A DNA stretch of 20,076 bases from Methanothrix sp. (GTDB taxonomy: Archaea > Halobacteriota > Methanosarcinia > Methanotrichales > Methanotrichaceae): contig JBAXWY010000049.1 of the NCBI GenBank assembly GCA_037128175.1, positions 1 through 20,076 on the forward strand, given 5' to 3'. Of this stretch, positions 16,833 to 20,076 are shown in pieces (position 1 is the stretch's first letter; the number at the start of each line of letters is the position of its first letter). Under the pieces are notes generated by a model. It saw nothing but the letters and a program-made list of their open reading frames with translations, did no database searches and had not been told where the DNA came from. A program made the position numbers and the translations under genes.

Positions 16833-16885
16833 TCTTCGGAATAGTCGAATAAATAGCATAGCAACAAATGACCGAGATTTTTTCA
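16826..16885 (+). pseudogene. collapsed VapC/PIN toxin remnant
   Basis: Overlapping start-like CTG GTA ATC TTC (L/M-V-I-F) is followed within about 25 bp by INSIATNDRDF, the PIN C-terminal xATxDxDF motif; nearly the whole gene is missing. Confidence 0.6.
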
Positions 16886-16956
16886 TAATTCGTAGCCAAC
16901 CATGGTTTGATTATCCAGCTACTATTATTAACCGCAGAGGACCATAGGATTATAAT

Positions 16957-17190
16957 ATGTTAGCAGAATACATTAACGCTGCTTTAGAGCGGGCCGAATA
17001 TGAGATCCTGGAAGATGATGAGCCTAAGCCTTACTATGCCCATGTGCAAGAACTTCCCGGAGTATGGGCAACTGGTAAGACCCTTGAGGATTGCCGCAAT
17101 GAGCTTATTTCGGTTATAGAGGGATGGATCGCTTTGAGGCTGAAGTTAGGAGATCCAATACCTACTATCGGCAGCCATACGATAAGATGA
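16957..17190 (+). CDS. hicB: HicB-family (UPF0150) antitoxin, no hicA partner
   Basis: MLAEYINAALERAEYEILED...YYAHVQELPGVWATGKTLEDCRNELISVIEGWI..RL..GDPIP. The 3' end overlaps an MKISYDPK stub (DUF2283-like start) at 17187. Confidence 0.87.
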   Translation: MLAEYINAALERAEYEILEDDEPKPYYAHVQELPGVWATGKTLEDCRNELISVIEGWIALRLKLGDPIPTIGSHTIR

Positions 17191-17224
17191 AAATATCATA
17201 CGATCCCAAGATGGAATTATTATT

Positions 17225-17503
17225 ATGTCTCCTGATGAGGGCAAGAAAGTCGCACCAAACATTGCAGAAAGAACCTATGGCTTAATTAAGCTCGACGCCA
17301 GGTCGATAGATGAGATTATAGAAGATACAAAATATGGGTCACAAAGTGAGTTAGACGATCTCATTAAAGAGGAAGAGGTAGCCAACTGGGTGATATTTGA
17401 AAGAGCCGTGGAGGATCTGGATCTAACTGATGAGGATCTTCTGGCTTTGGAGAAAGTACGGGAGACTGTGTGGAAAGAAGAAAAGAAGAACCTGGGATTA
17501 TAG
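17225..17503 (+). CDS. chimeric antitoxin-like protein (AF2212-type tail fused to a second acidic antitoxin-like tail)
   Basis: IAERTYGLIKLDARSIDEIIEDTKYGS is paralogous to ISERTFGLITLDHDIIEEIIEDTEYGS of 16647-16832; the second half is LDLTDEDLLALEKVRETVWKEEKK. Confidence 0.6.
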   Translation: MSPDEGKKVAPNIAERTYGLIKLDARSIDEIIEDTKYGSQSELDDLIKEEEVANWVIFERAVEDLDLTDEDLLALEKVRETVWKEEKKNLGL

Positions 17504-17532
17504 CACCCCAGAGTGTAATAATCATACCACGG

Positions 17533-17676
17533 GTGATCAAAACGGACGCGAATGAGAGTGCATTTAATCCCATAAAAGAAGTAGAAAAGAAAAGCGCCGT
17601 TGATAAATTTTATGGAATGATGAAAATACCAAGAAAGCTTGCCGATGAGATAATTGACATGGAGATGTGGGATTGA
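17533..17676 (+). CDS. short antitoxin-like protein (degenerate AF2212/VapB-type)
   Basis: From GTG 17533: ...KKSAVDKFYGMMKIPRKLADEIIDMEMWD*, an acidic VapB-like tail with a TTGA overlap into a toxin-like stub. Confidence 0.5.
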   Translation: MIKTDANESAFNPIKEVEKKSAVDKFYGMMKIPRKLADEIIDMEMWD

Positions 17677-17738
17677 TTTTATCTCAAATATCTCGTCTCG
17701 AAAAACATGAATTTAGGATTAAGTAGAGGAGTCAAGAA

Positions 17739-17891
17739 ATGGCAAGGCCGACTAAACTTGGATTGGTATTTGAGGGTGCTGAAGCTGAAGAATTCCTCAA
17801 GAACGAAAACGGCATAGTTTTTACATCCGCTCAACTGGCTTTTTTCAGGAAAGCGAGGAGAATTTACAGGGCTAATCGCAATAAATTCTGA
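17739..17891 (+). CDS. 50-aa antitoxin-like protein (type found upstream of GNAT toxins in methanogens; inferred)
   Basis: Below the ORF-track cutoff: MARPTKLGLVFEGAEAEEFLKNENGIVFTSAQLAFFRKARRIYRANRNKF*, GAGGAG RBS, TGATG overlap with a 22-codon stub (MAALSL...). Confidence 0.6.
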   Translation: MARPTKLGLVFEGAEAEEFLKNENGIVFTSAQLAFFRKARRIYRANRNKF

Positions 17892-17955
17892 TGGCAGCAT
17901 TAAGCTTAACAGAAAACGCAACCTCAGCATACAATTCATCGGAGATCTCCAACTC

Positions 17956-18264
17956 ATGAAAAAGAAATTCAGTGTTTTGGTTGAAAAGGACGAGGACGGC
18001 TACTTGGTAGCGAAAGTTCCAACCCTTCCCGGATGCCACACACAAGCAAGAAGCATGGACGATCTCCTGGAAAGAGCAAAAGAAGCGATCGAGGCTTATC
18101 TCGAAGCTTATACTGGATCAACAAAGGATCAGGGGATAGCAGAAAATCCACCAATTGGTGACAGAATGAAGATTCTGGAGAGCTACGTAGGCATAGTAAA
18201 GCTGAAGAAACCATTTACTCTTGAGGAGATCTTAGAGCTGGAGGAAGACAACTGGCTGTACTGA
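17956..18264 (+). CDS. hicB: HicB-family (UPF0150) antitoxin fused to a VapB-like C-terminal tail
   Basis: MKKKFSVLVEKDEDGYLVAKVPTLPGCHTQARSMDDLLERAKEAIEAYLE is canonical HicB; the tail YVGIVKLKKPFTLEEILELEEDNWLY overlaps a PIN-like start (L/M)AVLIDT at 18252. Confidence 0.8.
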   Translation: MKKKFSVLVEKDEDGYLVAKVPTLPGCHTQARSMDDLLERAKEAIEAYLEAYTGSTKDQGIAENPPIGDRMKILESYVGIVKLKKPFTLEEILELEEDNWLY

Positions 18265-18485
18265 TTGATACCAAGATTTCAAGCAAATAGTCGCCTCCGT
18301 CCGCTCCTCCGCCGCGAGCTTCTCGTGTCTGTAGTGGTGAATCGTTCGCAAAACACCAGTAGTCCCGTCCGTGGACAGCACGCCCAGATTAGCAGAGATC
18401 GCATCTTCGAACTCTCCAGGGTCGGGCGCGAGTGGAGCAGCGTTAGGGAGGTACGGCGCATCTGAAATCTCCGGGGAGCCGGATG

Positions 18486-18641
18486 CGAGGCGAAAGCCAT
18501 TTAAATCACTACCGAAATTAAGAAAGTACGTAAGAAATCAGTTGCTTGTTGACGGCTATGTCGGTCATCGTCTGAATTGAGGCCATGATAAGAGGGGATG
18601 ACTGGATAGCCGTGGCTGTAGATGTTCCTTTTTGATATAAC
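18486..18641 (+). repeat. about 150-bp dispersed repeat, copy 2
   Basis: Direct repeat of 16172-16323. Confidence 0.9.
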
Positions 18642-18705
18642 TATAAATATCAATTACTGAGACAACGAGTTTGAGCATACATGAGCCTGAGAGATTTAAA
18701 CCTGG

Positions 18706-18944
18706 GGTTTACGATTTTAACCACAAAGCGCACAAAGACGATTTAGCCGATTCGAAAACCCGAGTTTTAATTATCAAGCTACTATAATTAACCGCAGAGA
18801 CGTGAAATTTACCATATTATGCATATCTCCCTAATTCAACCAAAAAAAAAGCATGCGTGTGATCACAACCCATAATTTTCGTTTTTTTTTTTCTCTGTGC
18901 GTCCTCCGTGCGCTCTGCGACTCTGCGGTTAAATTACCGTAAAC
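18706..18944. mobile_element. MITE/REP-like element copy B
   Basis: Left end GGTTTACGATTTTAACCACAAAG; right end CTCTGCGGTTAAATTACCGTAAAC (about 24-bp imperfect inverted repeat). Internal 18771-18799 matches 16911-16939. Confidence 0.55.
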
Positions 18945-19132
18945 TACCGGTATCCCTCCAACGGCTAACACGCCCGATTAACCGAGATTGCATTTACCGC
19001 CACCAGTCCGCGGATGCCTCCTCTTGCAGGATCTGGAAGTTGCTGCTGCCGGAGACGCAAACGCCAGCGTGAGGACGAGGGCACGGGGGAATGCATCCAG
19101 TATCTTTATTAAGCTAAAGGCAATTTAATACC

Positions 19133-19408
19133 ATGATGAGTGCCATATCGGCAGATGATGCCGTCCCTATTGTCCGAAGGTCCCTGCAAAGAGAGATCGG
19201 CCTACTGGAAACGAAAAAAAGGCTGACACAAAAGGAGATCAAGGAATTCGAGCGCAAATACGGCAGGACTTCTGTAGAGTTCATGAGTGAGTTTGAGCAG
19301 GGAGAGCTTGGCGATTCACAGGATTGCTTCGAGTGGTGGGGACTACTGCGGGGAATGAGAGCGATTGAAGAAGAAATAATGAAAGCAAAAGCGGTGCTCT
19401 CCTCTTGA
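19133..19408 (+). CDS. TumA-like antitoxin (partner of DUF6516)
   Basis: IKEFERKYGRTSVEFMSEFEQGELGDSQDCFEW motif (FExKYGxxSxEF...GELGD...EW); TTGA overlap with the DUF6516 gene; TTTATTAA box upstream. Confidence 0.75.
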   Translation: MMSAISADDAVPIVRRSLQREIGLLETKKRLTQKEIKEFERKYGRTSVEFMSEFEQGELGDSQDCFEWWGLLRGMRAIEEEIMKAKAVLSS

Positions 19409-19791
19409 TTTTTGAATACTTCAAGGAAGTTGAACTACGACTAAAAAATGTAGAGATAATAGCCGATAAAAGCATCGATCTTAGAGAGTTTGGTGCAAAG
19501 GAAGGCATGCTCCGCGGAAGGCTGCTCTTTGTAGATGGATCGATGCTTGAGTTTATGGAGTATCTGCAGGAAGAGAACCGATTGAAGTACAGATTTCATC
19601 TAATGGATAAGGAAGGCAATATGGTCTTTAGATATGATAATGCGCCCCACCACAAAGATGTTTCGACTTTTCCGCATCACAAACATCTCCCAGGTAATGT
19701 CGCGGAATCGGATGATAAAGGCATTATGGATGTTTTAGATGAGATAGAAATATTGATGAGTAATGCCATAACGGCAAATAAAAAAACCTAA
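19405..19791 (+). CDS. DUF6516 / TumE-family toxin
   Basis: RGRLLFVDGSMLEFME...KYRFHLMD..GNMVFRYDNAPHH..VSTFPHHKH. Confidence 0.85.
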   Translation: MIFEYFKEVELRLKNVEIIADKSIDLREFGAKEGMLRGRLLFVDGSMLEFMEYLQEENRLKYRFHLMDKEGNMVFRYDNAPHHKDVSTFPHHKHLPGNVAESDDKGIMDVLDEIEILMSNAITANKKT

Positions 19792-19825
19792 CACTCGAAA
19801 AGAAGAGCATATTTGCCTCCTGGAT

Positions 19826-19931
19826 AATAGTTCGTCTCCGTTCGTTCATCCTCCGCGAGCTCTGCGGTTATATTACCGTAAACCACTGGATTGCACCCAT
19901 CCCTAACACGCCCATCTTAACAGAGAGTGCA
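19826..19931 (+). repeat. right half of the MITE/REP-like element (copy C) plus conserved CTAACACGCCC flank
   Basis: 19826-19855 is nearly identical to 16351-16379; 19860-19931 parallels 18922-18993. Confidence 0.8.
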
Positions 19932-20005
19932 TACGATAAATCAGAAACTTTTATAAGTACTCAAGATCCCCACACTGAAGCAATAAACTAATGGTGTGAG
20001 AATCC

Positions 20006-20076
20006 TTGACAGAAATCAATCAGGCGATAGCTACCGAGCGCCAGGAGAATGATATCTCCGGGAAGATCATTGGCGC
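20006..20076 (+). CDS. GxxExxY-family protein, 5' end only
   Basis: TTG start after GGTG and a TTTTATAAG box: MTEINQAIATERQENDISGKIIG(A), matching the ENxISxxIIGAAIEVH start of this family. Only 23 codons visible. Confidence 0.55.
   Translation, partial: MTEINQAIATERQENDISGKIIG

Noticed and set aside
17501-17503. Amber (pyrrolysine) or UGA readthrough joining the small ORFs
   Set aside because: Downstream remnants lie in other frames and are explained by TA-type stop/start overlaps; no pyl or sel evidence in the window.
18279-18500. GC-rich stretch with ORFs on both strands (18265-18465, 18279-18500, 18371-18580)
   Set aside because: No frame gave a recognisable family; probably a foreign gene fragment, not callable.
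18963-19931. Complete integron attC sites
   Set aside because: CTAAC R''-like halves are present, but I found no matching palindromic L'/R' (GTTRRRY) halves or intI. Kept only as a hypothesis in findings.

Overview
Archaeal (methanogen, probably Methanothrix/Methanotrichaceae-like; taxonomy inferred, not verified) chromosomal window. Left to right: the 5' part of an Lhr-type DEAD/H helicase with an in-frame 18-bp tandem repeat; an AT-richer block with a divergent polyprenol/lipid kinase and PAP2 phosphatase pair, an NRAMP-like (NRMT) transporter operon with a soluble MgtE/CBS protein, an Lrp regulator and panE; a secreted cupredoxin-domain protein; purA; an MptN-like ATP-grasp ligase; a Fic gene missing its catalytic core; DUF6125 and TPR genes. 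From about 15.8 kb to the end lies an accessory toxin-antitoxin (TA) zone. Its most striking feature is a run of six co-oriented antitoxin-like ORFs from different families whose partner toxins survive only as short stubs or are absent, two of them chimeric. The zone is punctuated by a repeated non-coding scaffold (about 150-bp promoter-bearing repeat, a MITE-like GGTTTACG...CGTAAAC element, a CTAAC motif). It ends with an intact TumA-TumE-like (DUF6516) pair and the start of a GxxExxY-like gene. All family calls come from motif recognition by eye; no searches were run.
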